DNA of 64,000 bases from assembly GCA_964509765.1 (NCBI GenBank), contig CAZDYI010000011.1:12824-76823 (forward strand). Direction: 5' to 3'. A program made the translations under genes and the position numbers. Below, in pieces: positions 31,667-42,037 of this stretch (its first letter is position 1; every line of letters begins with the position of its first letter). This DNA comes from an uncultured Gammaproteobacteria bacterium (GTDB lineage Bacteria > Pseudomonadota > Gammaproteobacteria > Tethybacterales > Tethybacteraceae). The notes beneath the pieces are model-generated. The model searched no databases. It was given only the letters and a program-made list of their open reading frames with translations, and was not told the origin of the DNA.

Positions 31667-32370
31667 CGGAACCGGGGCTGGCGCTCAAGAGGATTGCGGC
31701 GCTCGCGCTGGCGCTCGCAGGGCTGGCGGTGTACGCCTTCGCCGGGCCCGTGTTCCACCTGCAGCGGGTGGACGTCACCGGAGACAGCTGGGCCGTGACC
31801 GAGGCCGACGTGCGCGCAGGGCTTTCCGAGAGCGGCAGGATGTCGCTGCTCACCGGCGACTTCGGCAGGCTCGCGGAGGAGGTGACCGGACTCGCGCTCG
31901 TGCGCTCAGCCTCAGTTAGCATGGACCTGCCCGACGCACTGCTCCTCGAAGTCAAGGCGCGCGAGCCGTACGCCCGCGCGGCCGACGGCGGGCTCGTCGA
32001 CAGCAACGGCGAGTGGTACGGCCACGAGAGCGACCTCGAGCTGCCGATCTTCTCGATGCCGCCCGCGCTGATGCCCGAGGCGGTCGCCTTCCACGCCGAC
32101 GCGGCCGCCATGCTTGACGGCAGCGGGCTCGCGATCACGCAGCTCCACCACGGCTGGGACGGCTGGCGGGTCTTCCTCGGCAACGGCTGGGTCGTCCTGC
32201 TCGGCGAGAACAAGAAGCGCGAGCGCCTCGGGCGCTTCGCAAGCGCGCTCGCGGACCTCCGCGGCGTCCTGCTCGCTGAGCGGGGCCTGAGGTTCGACAT
32301 GCGTTATCCCCACGGCCTGGCCATAGCCGGCTGGGCCGCACGCGAAACAACAGGAGAGGAAGATGGATAG
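31663..32370 (+). CDS. ftsQ: Cell division protein FtsQ
   Basis: Single-TM bitopic protein between ddl and ftsA; GTGA overlap with ddl. Confidence 0.8.
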   Translation: MTEPGLALKRIAALALALAGLAVYAFAGPVFHLQRVDVTGDSWAVTEADVRAGLSESGRMSLLTGDFGRLAEEVTGLALVRSASVSMDLPDALLLEVKAREPYARAADGGLVDSNGEWYGHESDLELPIFSMPPALMPEAVAFHADAAAMLDGSGLAITQLHHGWDGWRVFLGNGWVVLLGENKKRERLGRFASALADLRGVLLAERGLRFDMRYPHGLAIAGWAARETTGEEDG

Positions 32371-33604
32371 GAAAGAAACGGTCTGCTCGGTGACCCTCGG
32401 CGAGGACAAGTTCGTCGCGCTCGCGGCCAGGCGCAAGGGCGCGTCATTCGAGGTCCTCGGCTGCGGGACCGCGGCCTCCAAGGGCTACAGCAGGGGGATG
32501 ATCACCGACATCGGCGAGGCCGCCGGAGCGCTCGAGGGCGCCGTGCGCCAGGCCGAGGTCATGGCAGGGACCAAGGTCGACGGCAGCGCCGTCGCCGGGC
32601 TCTCCGGCGAGCACATCCAGGGCGTGGACCGCAACGCGCACGTCAAGATCCAGGGCGGAGCGGTGACCGAGGCAGACATCGACCTCGCGCTCGACACGCT
32701 GCAGGCCTTCCCGCTCCAGCCCGGGCAGGAGATCCTGCACGTGCTCGAGCAGGAGTTCGTCATCGACGGCCAGGCCGGTATCCGCCACCCGCTCGGGATG
32801 CGCGGGTCGCTGCTCGAGGCCGACGCGCACGTGGTCACCGCCGCGACCAACGCGGCCGCGAACCACCGCTCGGCGCTCGAGAAGGCCAGCGCCGCGCCGC
32901 GCAAGCTGATGTCGTCGGCGCTCGCGACCGGCGTCGCGGTGACGACCGAGGACGAGCGCGAGATGGGCGTGGCCGCGCTCGACTGGGGCGGCGGGACCTG
33001 CGACTGCATCACCTTCAGGCGCGGGGTCCCGCGCCGGATACTCTCGCTGCCGCTCGGCGGGGCGGACATCGACCGCGACGTCGCGAAGATCTTCCACATC
33101 CCGATGGCGAGCGCCGAGCGGATCAAGCGCGAGATCGGCAGCGCAGAGCAGGTCCAGGTAAGCGAGGACGAGAAGGTCACCGTCGACGCATCCGACAGCG
33201 ACCGCAAGGTCGAGATCGAGCCGCACGTGCTGTCGATGACGATCCAGCCGCGGGTCGAAGAGATGCTCGAGAAGATCCGCGAGGCGCTCGGGCCCAAGCT
33301 CGACAAGGAGGCGCTGCCGGCCGGCGTCGTGCTCACCGGCGGGACCGCGCGGCTGCGCGGCGTGGTTGCGCTCGCAAACGAGGTCCTGCACGTCCCGGTG
33401 CGGATGGGCAGGCCCCGCTACTCAGGCGTCAACGCCGACCTCGTCGAGGGGCCCGAGTTCGCGGCCAGCCTCGGCCTGCTCGAGCTGCTGGCGTCGCAGG
33501 AGGGGCACACCGAGGAGCCGCGCCGCGCGCCGGGACTCGGCGAGTGGCTCGCAAGGCTGTTCGGCGGCGGAAGCGCCGAGCCCAAGCAGCAGGGTAACGC
33601 CTGA
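32363..33604 (+). CDS. ftsA: Cell division protein FtsA
   Basis: Actin-like ATPase, 413 aa; RBS GGAGAGGAAG lies upstream. Confidence 0.9.
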   Translation: MDRKETVCSVTLGEDKFVALAARRKGASFEVLGCGTAASKGYSRGMITDIGEAAGALEGAVRQAEVMAGTKVDGSAVAGLSGEHIQGVDRNAHVKIQGGAVTEADIDLALDTLQAFPLQPGQEILHVLEQEFVIDGQAGIRHPLGMRGSLLEADAHVVTAATNAAANHRSALEKASAAPRKLMSSALATGVAVTTEDEREMGVAALDWGGGTCDCITFRRGVPRRILSLPLGGADIDRDVAKIFHIPMASAERIKREIGSAEQVQVSEDEKVTVDASDSDRKVEIEPHVLSMTIQPRVEEMLEKIREALGPKLDKEALPAGVVLTGGTARLRGVVALANEVLHVPVRMGRPRYSGVNADLVEGPEFAASLGLLELLASQEGHTEEPRRAPGLGEWLARLFGGGSAEPKQQGNA

Positions 33605-33623
33605 ACACAGGAGGAAAGCGAAA

Positions 33624-34778
33624 ATGGAAAAGAGCTCAATCGACTTCGTCGACGAAAGCAAGACGCAGGCCAAGATCAAGGTCATCGGAGTCGGGGGCGC
33701 GGGCGGCAACGCCGCGAACGCGATGCTCAAGGCATCCCTAGACGGGGAGGTCGCGATGCACGCGATCAACACCGACGCCCAGGCGCTCGGCCGGATGGGC
33801 GAAGCCTGCGGCAGGATGCAGATCGGCTACGAGCTGACCAAGGGCCTCGGCGTGGGCGGTGACTGGGAGACCGCGGCCAAGGCGGCCATGGGCGACATCG
33901 ACCGCATTGAGGACGTGGTCGCAGGGGCCGACATGGTGTTCATCGCAGCCGGCATGGGAGGCGGCACCGGCACCGGTGCGGCACCCGTGATCGCGCAGAA
34001 GTGCCGTGAGCTGGACATCCTCACCGTCGCCGTGGTGACCAAGCCTTTCGGTTGGGAGAACCGCAACGAGAACGCACAGATCGGAATCGAAAACCTCTCG
34101 AAGAACGTGGACTCCATCATCGTTGTGCCCAACGACCGCCTCAAGGAGGTGTACGGCTCTGATCTGCCCATCTCCGAGGCATTTGACAAGTCCGACGAGA
34201 TACTCACAAACGCCGTCGCCGGCATTTGCGAGATAATCTACTGTCCGGGCAAGGTCAACGTCGACTTTGCAGACGTCAAGTCGGTCATGTCGGAAATGGG
34301 CCAAGCGATGATGGGAACCGCGACCGAGTCGGGCATCGACCGGGCTGCGCGGGCCGCCCAGGCGGTGATCGAGTGTCCGCTGCTCGAGGGTATCAAGCTG
34401 TCGAACGCCCGCGGCGTGCTGGTCAACATCACGGTAGACCCTACCAAGCTGAAGTCAAGCGAGCTTGAGGAGGCGATGAAGATCATCCGCGACACGACTT
34501 CGAGCTCTGCAAAGGTCTTCTTCGGCCTTGTGGACCGTGAGGACTTCGGCGACGACATGCGGATCACCCTCGTCGCTACCGGCCTGCGCTCGGAATCCGG
34601 GGTGAAGAAGATCGACGGCGGCCCGGCTTCACCCGGAAAGTTAGCAAACGGTGGGTCGCCGATGTTCACTAGCAACCGCAAGCGAGCGGCCGCCATCGCC
34701 GAGCGCAACAACCAGGGTTCGCTCCTCGGCGGGGACAACTCGGACGTCCCGACCATGCTGCGCCGCCAGCACAGCTGA
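33624..34778 (+). CDS. ftsZ: Cell division GTPase FtsZ
   Basis: 'IKVIGVGGAGGNAANAM' tubulin signature; RBS GGAGGAAAG upstream. Confidence 0.95.
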   Translation: MEKSSIDFVDESKTQAKIKVIGVGGAGGNAANAMLKASLDGEVAMHAINTDAQALGRMGEACGRMQIGYELTKGLGVGGDWETAAKAAMGDIDRIEDVVAGADMVFIAAGMGGGTGTGAAPVIAQKCRELDILTVAVVTKPFGWENRNENAQIGIENLSKNVDSIIVVPNDRLKEVYGSDLPISEAFDKSDEILTNAVAGICEIIYCPGKVNVDFADVKSVMSEMGQAMMGTATESGIDRAARAAQAVIECPLLEGIKLSNARGVLVNITVDPTKLKSSELEEAMKIIRDTTSSSAKVFFGLVDREDFGDDMRITLVATGLRSESGVKKIDGGPASPGKLANGGSPMFTSNRKRAAAIAERNNQGSLLGGDNSDVPTMLRRQHS

Positions 34779-34807
34779 GGCGCGCTGCGGAGGCCGCGCC
34801 GGGAGAG

Positions 34808-35743
34808 GTGGCAACGCTGCTGCAGCGGACGCTCTCGGGGCCGAGCCCCGAGGTCTGCGGGGTAGGCCTGCACTCGGGCAGCGCGATCCGCATGCGGATC
34901 GTCCCGGCCGGCTGCGGGGAGGGCATCTCGTTCGTCCGCACCGACATAAACGGCGGCGCGAGGATCAGGCTGCGCGCCGGCAACGTCGGCGACACCATGC
35001 TCGCGACCACCATCGAGGAGGGCGGGGCGAAGGTCTCGACGATCGAGCACTTGCTGTTCGCCATGTGCATCTGCGGGGTGGACAACGCGACCGTAGAGAT
35101 AGACGGTCCCGAGGTGCCCATCATGGACGGCAGCGCAAGGCCGTTCGTGCTGGTCCTGCGGGACACTGGATTGGCCGAGCAGGAGCGCCCGAAGCGCTTC
35201 ATCAGGATCAAGAAGAGGGTGGAGGTCGGGCTGGACGGCGAGCCCGGCAGGCATGCCGCCTTCGAGCCCGCGCAGGCCCCGAGCTGGAGCGTGAGCGTCT
35301 CCTACCGCAACCCGGTGATCAGCCGCACCGCGCAGGACTTCGACCACGGGCTCGGCGACCACGCCGCGTCGGTCTCAAGGGTGGCAGGCGCGCGTACCTT
35401 CGGCTTCGTCCGCGACGTCGATCTGCTGCGTTCGAGGCAGCGCGCCTTGGGCGGGACGCTCGACAACGCAGTCGTCATAGACGGCGGCAGGGTGCTCAAC
35501 GCAGGCGGCCTGCGCCAGGACGACGAGTTCGTCGCGCACAAGATGCTCGACGTGATCGGCGACTGCTACACAGAGGGCAAGCTGGTCCTGGGCAGGTACA
35601 GCGCGAGCATGCCCGGGCATGCGCTCAACAACCGCCTGATGCGCGAGCTGCTCGCGGACGAGGAGAGCTGGGAGGATACGGAGGCGGACGCGATGGACGC
35701 GGACAGCCTGCCGGACTTCGGGCCGTTGCGGGCTACGCTCTAG
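34808..35743 (+). CDS. lpxC: UDP-3-O-acyl-GlcNAc deacetylase
   Basis: 'QRTLSGPSPEVCGVGLHSGSAIRMRIVPA' LpxC N-terminus; GTG start with RBS GGGAGAGG upstream. Confidence 0.9.
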   Translation: MATLLQRTLSGPSPEVCGVGLHSGSAIRMRIVPAGCGEGISFVRTDINGGARIRLRAGNVGDTMLATTIEEGGAKVSTIEHLLFAMCICGVDNATVEIDGPEVPIMDGSARPFVLVLRDTGLAEQERPKRFIRIKKRVEVGLDGEPGRHAAFEPAQAPSWSVSVSYRNPVISRTAQDFDHGLGDHAASVSRVAGARTFGFVRDVDLLRSRQRALGGTLDNAVVIDGGRVLNAGGLRQDDEFVAHKMLDVIGDCYTEGKLVLGRYSASMPGHALNNRLMRELLADEESWEDTEADAMDADSLPDFGPLRATL

Positions 35744-36028
35744 AGCATCGGGTTGCGTCAGAGCAACTAGGCGACTGAATCCATCGCAAGAATAATGAAA
35801 CCTTGGCAACACGGGCTAGGTCTACGCTGATATTAAATTACCCGTACCGGATCCAGCGATCTGGTGTGTTGCCAGGGCTAGTTTTCTGTTTGTGGATTGA
35901 CCGTTCCTTGTCAAAGTAGACTTGTGCAGCGAATAAGCTCACACAGCGTAAATTAATGCTGAATCAAGCATTCCTGTTTATCCTCCGCGTCCTGCAGACC
36001 ACTTTATGGTACAATAATCATTGCCGGC

Positions 36029-37534
36029 ATGAACTCCTCAAAGGAAAAAACAGAGCTGGAGGTCAAGGATTTTGGCCCGATTGCAGAGGCTAATCTGGAG
36101 TTGTGCCCGTTGACGATCTTCGTCGGACCAAGCAACTCCGGCAAGACTTATCTTGCCTACCTGATATACGCTCTCCACCAATTTTTTGGCGGAGCGGGGC
36201 TGTATGCCCGCTCTGGAAAGTCGCGGCCCCACACGTTTCGGGTCGACCAGAAGCTAAATCAAAAAGGAATCGAGATGGCCTCGAGCATTCTCCAAGGACT
36301 CGATAAAAAAGGAAAGAACAGCATCGATTCAAGGGTTAAAGTTTCTTTTCCCAAGGAATTCTCCAGATTCATAAAGAAATACCAAACTGAGAGGAAATAT
36401 CAGTTCGGCGACGCCATCCAGGAGTGTTTTGGCCAGAACGGAAGCGAAGAAATGTTGATTCGAAGAGGTCAGGAATCAACAGGCTCTCGGATAGTTCTTA
36501 AACGTCTCTCTGAAGAGAACAAGACGGTGTTCGAGCAACAATTCAAGATACATCATGATGATGTATCAACATCAGTGAAGTTATTGAATGAGATACCATT
36601 AGCAGTTGGCGCTGATGACGCTCATTATTTTCAACAAATTGTCGATCATTATAATTCTCCGGAACAGTTTACATTCGTTAACGTACTTTCGGTTGTCGAC
36701 AATCTCCTCATTCCTTCGTTGGTGAATCCGATGCACATGCCGGCATATTACCTGCCGGCAGACAGGACGGGGATAATGCACTCGCACAGTGCAGTGTCGG
36801 AAACACAAGTCGATCGAGACTACAATGCAGCAAAATCAACGGAGCAGGAAAGAGTCTCGCCATTGTTTTCCGGCGTGCTGTCCGATTTCATCAAGCATTT
36901 GATCAAATTGAATCCAAAGAATATCCGGCTTATCAAGCACAGGAGGGATGCTGCCGATTTAGGAACAAATATCGAAGAAGAAATTCTTGAAGGAACCATA
37001 AAGGTTACAGGTGTCACAGGATACCCGGAATTCAGATACACGCCAGCTGGATGGAAAGGTGAAAACAACAGTCTGTCAATGATGCATGCCTCATCCATGG
37101 TATCTGAGCTTGCTCCAGTGGTTCTGTATCTTCGATACTACGTGTCTCCGAACAACGTTTTGATAGTTGAAGAGCCCGAAGCCCACCTGCACCCGGAAAT
37201 GCAGATTAAGTTGGCGCAGCAACTGGCCGTCTTGGTCTCGAAGGGCGTCAGGGTAATTGTCACCACACATAGTGAATGGTTGATGGAAGCATTTGCGAAT
37301 ATCGTGGAACGATCAAAAACTGGCTCTCGCAATGATGGGTCCGAAGTCAGCCTGAACTCGCGAGATGTCGGAGCGTGGCTGTTCACGACAAAGCGAGGTC
37401 CCAAGCGATCCATAGTTCAGAGAATTAACATTGATGAAACATCTGGTTTGTACCCAACAGATTTTGAGCGTGTAGCGATTACATTGCACAATGAATGGGC
37501 CGACATCACCAGTGAAATAGAATCTAACCGATGA
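36029..37534 (+). CDS. OLD/ABC-type AAA ATPase (AAA_15/21-like), module A
   Basis: Walker A 'VGPSNSGKT'; 'LIVEEPEAHLHPEMQ' (the OLD-family EEPExHLHP motif); 'VTTHSEWL' H-loop; GC ~45%. Confidence 0.75.
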   Translation: MNSSKEKTELEVKDFGPIAEANLELCPLTIFVGPSNSGKTYLAYLIYALHQFFGGAGLYARSGKSRPHTFRVDQKLNQKGIEMASSILQGLDKKGKNSIDSRVKVSFPKEFSRFIKKYQTERKYQFGDAIQECFGQNGSEEMLIRRGQESTGSRIVLKRLSEENKTVFEQQFKIHHDDVSTSVKLLNEIPLAVGADDAHYFQQIVDHYNSPEQFTFVNVLSVVDNLLIPSLVNPMHMPAYYLPADRTGIMHSHSAVSETQVDRDYNAAKSTEQERVSPLFSGVLSDFIKHLIKLNPKNIRLIKHRRDAADLGTNIEEEILEGTIKVTGVTGYPEFRYTPAGWKGENNSLSMMHASSMVSELAPVVLYLRYYVSPNNVLIVEEPEAHLHPEMQIKLAQQLAVLVSKGVRVIVTTHSEWLMEAFANIVERSKTGSRNDGSEVSLNSRDVGAWLFTTKRGPKRSIVQRINIDETSGLYPTDFERVAITLHNEWADITSEIESNR

Positions 37535-38040
37535 CGCAACTCGTCGAGAAAATCGTCTCTGAAGTTCCCTGTGATTGCCTTGTGAAGGGCAAGCTAACCA
37601 AGAGCGGTTGCGACGTTCTGATGAATGAGGTGCCGACGCATAGCGTAGTAATCGATCTCGACAAGCACCCTTGCTTTGAAGGCAACAATCGGACACACTG
37701 TGACTACATTATGGTTGCGACCGACCTGGGAGATTTAAACATAATCGTCCCACTCGAGCTAAAAAAAGGCGATTTGGATCCCAGCGATGCCTTGAAGCAA
37801 TTGCAGGCTGGCGCGGATTTCGCCATGCGATTCATTACTGCCAAGGAGAAAGTAGAATTCCTGCCATATGCAGCGTCAGGAAATACGCGAAAACTAAGGA
37901 AGGAGGGCAAGAAAGTTTCAGACTATAAAATTAAAGTACGTGGCAAACTAATACCTCTACGACGAATCGAGTGCGGTGAAGCCCTTCCGCCAGCAATATA
38001 CCGCGTGCTAACAAAACTAGGATGGAAGATCAAATTCTGA
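37531..38040 (+). CDS. Small partner of ATPase A; putative PD-(D/E)xK-like nuclease with a Cys cluster
   Basis: ATGA overlap with the ATPase; 'HCDYIMVATDLGDLNIIVPLELKKG' gives a D...ExK arrangement; Cys at 14, 16, 26, 49 and 58. Confidence 0.45.
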   Translation: MTQLVEKIVSEVPCDCLVKGKLTKSGCDVLMNEVPTHSVVIDLDKHPCFEGNNRTHCDYIMVATDLGDLNIIVPLELKKGDLDPSDALKQLQAGADFAMRFITAKEKVEFLPYAASGNTRKLRKEGKKVSDYKIKVRGKLIPLRRIECGEALPPAIYRVLTKLGWKIKF

Positions 38041-38650
38041 AACGTGCGGATATTATGAGTCTCCAATCTGAAAAATCAGGCGACATGCAGTTCAGAGAGA
38101 TATTGCACTTGGACATCATCATCTAGTAGTTCAAGCGAATTCGAATCTGAAAAAATTGATGTTGAAGACTATCAGGCAGGCTTATCGGATAGTAGTGACA
38201 GGGACTTCACGATTAGAATCAATAGCTCGAGAAGCCCCAGCCTCTTATACTATGTAAGAGAACCTGTACACGGTCCAAGTTGCGTTGGGGTTGGAGGAGC
38301 CCCTGCCGCCAGGCTCGCTTTTGCAACCGTGCTTATCTGCAAGTCTGATTTCCAATTGCTGGGCTTGCTCCCTTGTGAGGCCGTCCATCAGAACCACCCA
38401 CTCGTAGATTTGCCCTGGGAGTTCTTTTTCCCATTGCTTCTGGCGGGCTTTGAGGTTAGTAGTCATTCCAACTACACAGGGCATAGTCCAACTCCAAGTC
38501 CGTATTGCGGGAAGATGATTCTACCATCAATGATCGCAGCAAATCAAGCTCGCAGCACGTCCACCCTACTTGTCGATTGTCTATTGAAGGTCCGAATGCG
38601 GACTTGTTTAGCCGGCTCATTAGCTTCCAATGACCGAACGCCAACAGACT

Positions 38651-40642
38651 TTAGGAGCCCGATCCATTAGCAAAATTGTCCAAGGCAGAGATCACCTTCT
38701 GAAGCGGCCTCAGCGCCTCCGTGTTTTCTTGAAACTCGGTGTACGCCTTTTCTGCGTTATGCAGCAACTCGCTGTAGGTGATGAACCTGGCATCTGCGGA
38801 ATCCAAGACATTGATCACTGTTTGCTGCCCGTCAGGCATGCTCCATTCCAACGGAGGCTCGCCCAACACGCAAATGATGTCGATTCTCTCGTTGGTTGCC
38901 TTGTTCTCTTCCAACGCCGACTTGATGCTGGCTCGATACCTGTTAACCTGCTTCGCGAGATCATATACAGAGACATTTATTCCAGGACGCTTCAGTTCAA
39001 CTATGACGTGTGTTCCAGTGGCTGTCCTGTACTGGATGTCGATTCTTGACCTGCGTTCCTCATCAGTCAGGTAGTCTGCATCCCCCTCCAAGATGGTGTT
39101 AATGGACCTCTCAAGAGTCTCAGACCCGATCGTCCTTTCCCATGCAGGGTCCAGCAGCCACAAGTGATCGAAGATGTACTCCTGGATCACTCTCTCCAGT
39201 GCCTTGGCCTCCACCTTGTTGCGAATGGTCTTGATGATTTCCAGGCGCTCCTTCACGATCTCGCCGTACAACACGATCTCAAGGCTGTCCATGTCAGCGA
39301 ACACAGCCAGAAGCTCCTCGATGTTTTCACCGCTGACTGCGTCCAGCGCCTCGAGGTTCTTGGAGGTTCGGTAAAACTCGAAGGCAATCGCAGCGTGCTT
39401 GATGAGCTGGTTCTTTTCTTGCTGGCTTGCTATGTTCAGCTGATTGATCTTCCCTATCCAGAGCTTGGCCTTGCCTTGTTGCTCTGAGGGAATGCTGTCA
39501 AGCCATTCATTGATTGCCGGTATCTTCACGGCCTGCTTGATTCCTTCCTTGGTTCTCAGTTCTGACCATTTCCCCTTGATGTGCTTCAGTTCCGTGCCGA
39601 TGAATTTTGACAGCGCGACATAGCGCGGGTCGTCCTCGACCAGACTTTGCCTGCCTGTGGTTGCTGAATCATCGTCCTCGTCGTCCTTGCAAGTCGCCGT
39701 GTCCAAACCGTCGACGCGCAGTTCGCCAACAAGGTAGCTCGCATAGACCCCTCTCTCGGAGAAATCACTAAGCAAGTCCTCCTGCGCCATCTTTCCGCGC
39801 ACGAAGATCGCAATGCGGTTGAGGTTTTCCCCACCCTCGACCTTGAGCTGGCTGCTTTCCTTCGCAGTGCCCAACCAGCCATTAATCGACAGCGAGCGAA
39901 TTTCCCCATCCCCGGCGCCCTCGCTTCTGTCAATGGCGTCTTCGTCCAAATTCCCGCACTGCCGGACTATCTCTGCTTGGTCTCCGTACGTCCAGATGTA
40001 CTGAAGCTTGTCATAGTACCCACGGTCTTCGGGCATGATCTGGCGGTCGTTGACGAACACGCTGAACTTTTCCTTCTCGCCGATTATGGAGAAGCGCCTT
40101 GCGAGCCTTTGCCGCAGCCAGTCGTCGCTTCGGGAGGTGAATTTCTTGCGCAGGTTGGACAGCGTGATCCTGGTGCCGTGCTGGAAGTCAATGCTGTCCG
40201 TCGGCAAGTCATCCGGGTAGTACTCCTTTCCGTTCGACTTGATCTCACTCTCAATCTTTTCCAAGCTGAGGCCCAGCGCTGTCTTGTTGCTGTCTTGCCG
40301 AGTTTCCACGACGATGTCCCTTGCTATGGACAGCAAGGACAGCTTCCCTATGCCCTTGCGTCCCATGGGCGACCTGCCCAGCTTTGTGGGCCCTGCCTGC
40401 TTCACCCTCCTTTGGTACCCGACAAGGAGGAAGCGGTCGATCACTTCGTCCCTTGTCATGCCGGTGCCATCGTCAGTGATGACGATCACGTCGCCGTTGA
40501 CGCTGATGCGCACGTTGTTTGCATCGGCGTCCCACGAGTTGGCGACGATCTCGGAGAGAACGGCCGGCACGTTGCTGTACAGGTTCAGCCCGAGATGCTT
40601 CAGGACATCCAGGCTCAGCTTCATAACCAGTTGCCTGCTCAT
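38651..40642 (-). CDS. MORC-like GHKL (HATPase_c) ATPase with a C-terminal PD-(D/E)xK-like domain; candidate ATP-dependent restriction component
   Basis: GHKL N-box 'EIVANSWDA', G1 'ITDDGTGMT', G2 'GRKGIGKLS'; C-terminal 'RIDIQYRTATGTHVIVELKRPG' gives a D...ExK arrangement. Confidence 0.7.
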   Translation of the reverse strand: MSRQLVMKLSLDVLKHLGLNLYSNVPAVLSEIVANSWDADANNVRISVNGDVIVITDDGTGMTRDEVIDRFLLVGYQRRVKQAGPTKLGRSPMGRKGIGKLSLLSIARDIVVETRQDSNKTALGLSLEKIESEIKSNGKEYYPDDLPTDSIDFQHGTRITLSNLRKKFTSRSDDWLRQRLARRFSIIGEKEKFSVFVNDRQIMPEDRGYYDKLQYIWTYGDQAEIVRQCGNLDEDAIDRSEGAGDGEIRSLSINGWLGTAKESSQLKVEGGENLNRIAIFVRGKMAQEDLLSDFSERGVYASYLVGELRVDGLDTATCKDDEDDDSATTGRQSLVEDDPRYVALSKFIGTELKHIKGKWSELRTKEGIKQAVKIPAINEWLDSIPSEQQGKAKLWIGKINQLNIASQQEKNQLIKHAAIAFEFYRTSKNLEALDAVSGENIEELLAVFADMDSLEIVLYGEIVKERLEIIKTIRNKVEAKALERVIQEYIFDHLWLLDPAWERTIGSETLERSINTILEGDADYLTDEERRSRIDIQYRTATGTHVIVELKRPGINVSVYDLAKQVNRYRASIKSALEENKATNERIDIICVLGEPPLEWSMPDGQQTVINVLDSADARFITYSELLHNAEKAYTEFQENTEALRPLQKVISALDNFANGSGS

Positions 40643-40743
40643 AATTTGGAAGTAAAGCGCTCTGCTCAGTTGCCAATCGCATAATTTACCATGACATCCG
40701 CCGAAATCCCGCCATCAGCATGGATATGGCCCGGTTCATGGGT

Positions 40744-41799
40744 TCAGCCCGATCCCGCCACGTGCCTGACTATGCTTCTTCCGATCGCAGCCCCGAGCAT
40801 GACGGGAACCGCATTGCCAACTATCCGGCTGATATCGAACTGGTTGACCTTCTCGCCAGGACGGACGAACTTGTACCGCTTGGGGAAGGTCTGCAGGATG
40901 GCCCCTTCCCGAAGCGATATCGCCCGGTCCTGATCGGGGTGTCCGAACCGTCCGTTGCCAAAACCACGATAGTTTGTGGTTATTGTCGGTGAAGGCTTGT
41001 CCCAGGACATGCGGTCATACACGTTCAGGTAGTTCTTGCCCACGCCACGAGTGTGGCAATCGGCGCGGATGGCCGGATCCCAGTCCTTCCAGGTGCCACC
41101 CGGAACGGATTGCCTGATGCGCTCCATGTTCCTTTCCGACAGGCCGCTGGAGCGGTGCACAGGGTCGGAAGCGTCAGCTTGCCCTGCATCCAGCTGGGGC
41201 ATGCCATGAATCGCCGACCTGACCGTCCTGCGCCTGCCAGCAGGGGTGGTCGGGCCGACCAGGGAGATCTCCCCCAGCCTCGAGGCCAGCAGGACCAGCC
41301 TGTTCCGGTGCTGGGGGACTCCGTAGTCGACGCAGTTCACGAGCTTGTGGAACACGCTGTAACCCTGCCTTTCCAGGCTTCGCACAAAGCCCTTGAACAC
41401 CTCCTTGTTCCTGAGCGGAGGGACGTTCTCCATGGACACCAGCTCGGGGCGGGTCTGCTCGACCAAGCGGCCGAAGTGGGACAGCAGATTCCAGTTGCCG
41501 TGGGACGGGCCCACCTCGCGGCGGTTGTAGGCGGAGAAGGGCTGGCACGGGGCGCAGCCGGCCAACAGCCTCAGCTTCGAGCTGTCAAAATACGACGACA
41601 GCAAGCTTGATGTCGTGTCCTCCACCGACTGCAAAAGGAACTTGGCCTTGTTGTTGGCCGAGTAGGGATAGGCGCAGGCAGGGTCGGCGTCGATCCCCAG
41701 CCTCATGTCGATCCCGGCCTGCTCGAGACCGCGGGTAAGGCCTCCTGCGCCGCAGAACAGGTCAATGCCGCGGATTGACTTTGCGGTTGAGTCATTCAT
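40744..41799 (-). CDS. DNA (cytosine-5)-methyltransferase
   Basis: Motif I 'DLFCGAGG', motif IV 'GCAPCQPFS', motif VI 'ENVPPL', motif X 'GNAVP'; start assigned to MNDSTAKS (ATG on the complement of 41797-41799) because the longer ORF extension lacks motifs. Confidence 0.85.
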   Translation of the reverse strand: MNDSTAKSIRGIDLFCGAGGLTRGLEQAGIDMRLGIDADPACAYPYSANNKAKFLLQSVEDTTSSLLSSYFDSSKLRLLAGCAPCQPFSAYNRREVGPSHGNWNLLSHFGRLVEQTRPELVSMENVPPLRNKEVFKGFVRSLERQGYSVFHKLVNCVDYGVPQHRNRLVLLASRLGEISLVGPTTPAGRRRTVRSAIHGMPQLDAGQADASDPVHRSSGLSERNMERIRQSVPGGTWKDWDPAIRADCHTRGVGKNYLNVYDRMSWDKPSPTITTNYRGFGNGRFGHPDQDRAISLREGAILQTFPKRYKFVRPGEKVNQFDISRIVGNAVPVMLGAAIGRSIVRHVAGSG

Positions 41800-42037
41800 T
41801 TGTCTTGAATGCTGACTTATATATTCTATTTGCCTGCTGGTTACAACTGCCGCAATAATTGCTTGCATTGTTGATAGCATAATGAAGTCCATGAGACACT
41901 GGCTAACATAATAGAGATGGTTGGAAGAGGTCTGAATCGTGGTCGATGAGAGCAAGGCAGAGGAGATCCTGCAAACGTTAGCGGAGTTCCAGCATTGCGG
42001 CAGCGGCGAGTCAATTCTGTTGTAAAATCTTCCATCA

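Noticed and set aside
38245-38484. 79-aa minus-strand ORF between module A and the GHKL gene with a vague 'GQIYEW' resemblance to GIY-YIG
   Set aside because: The second half of the GIY-YIG motif is absent; too short and uncertain to call.
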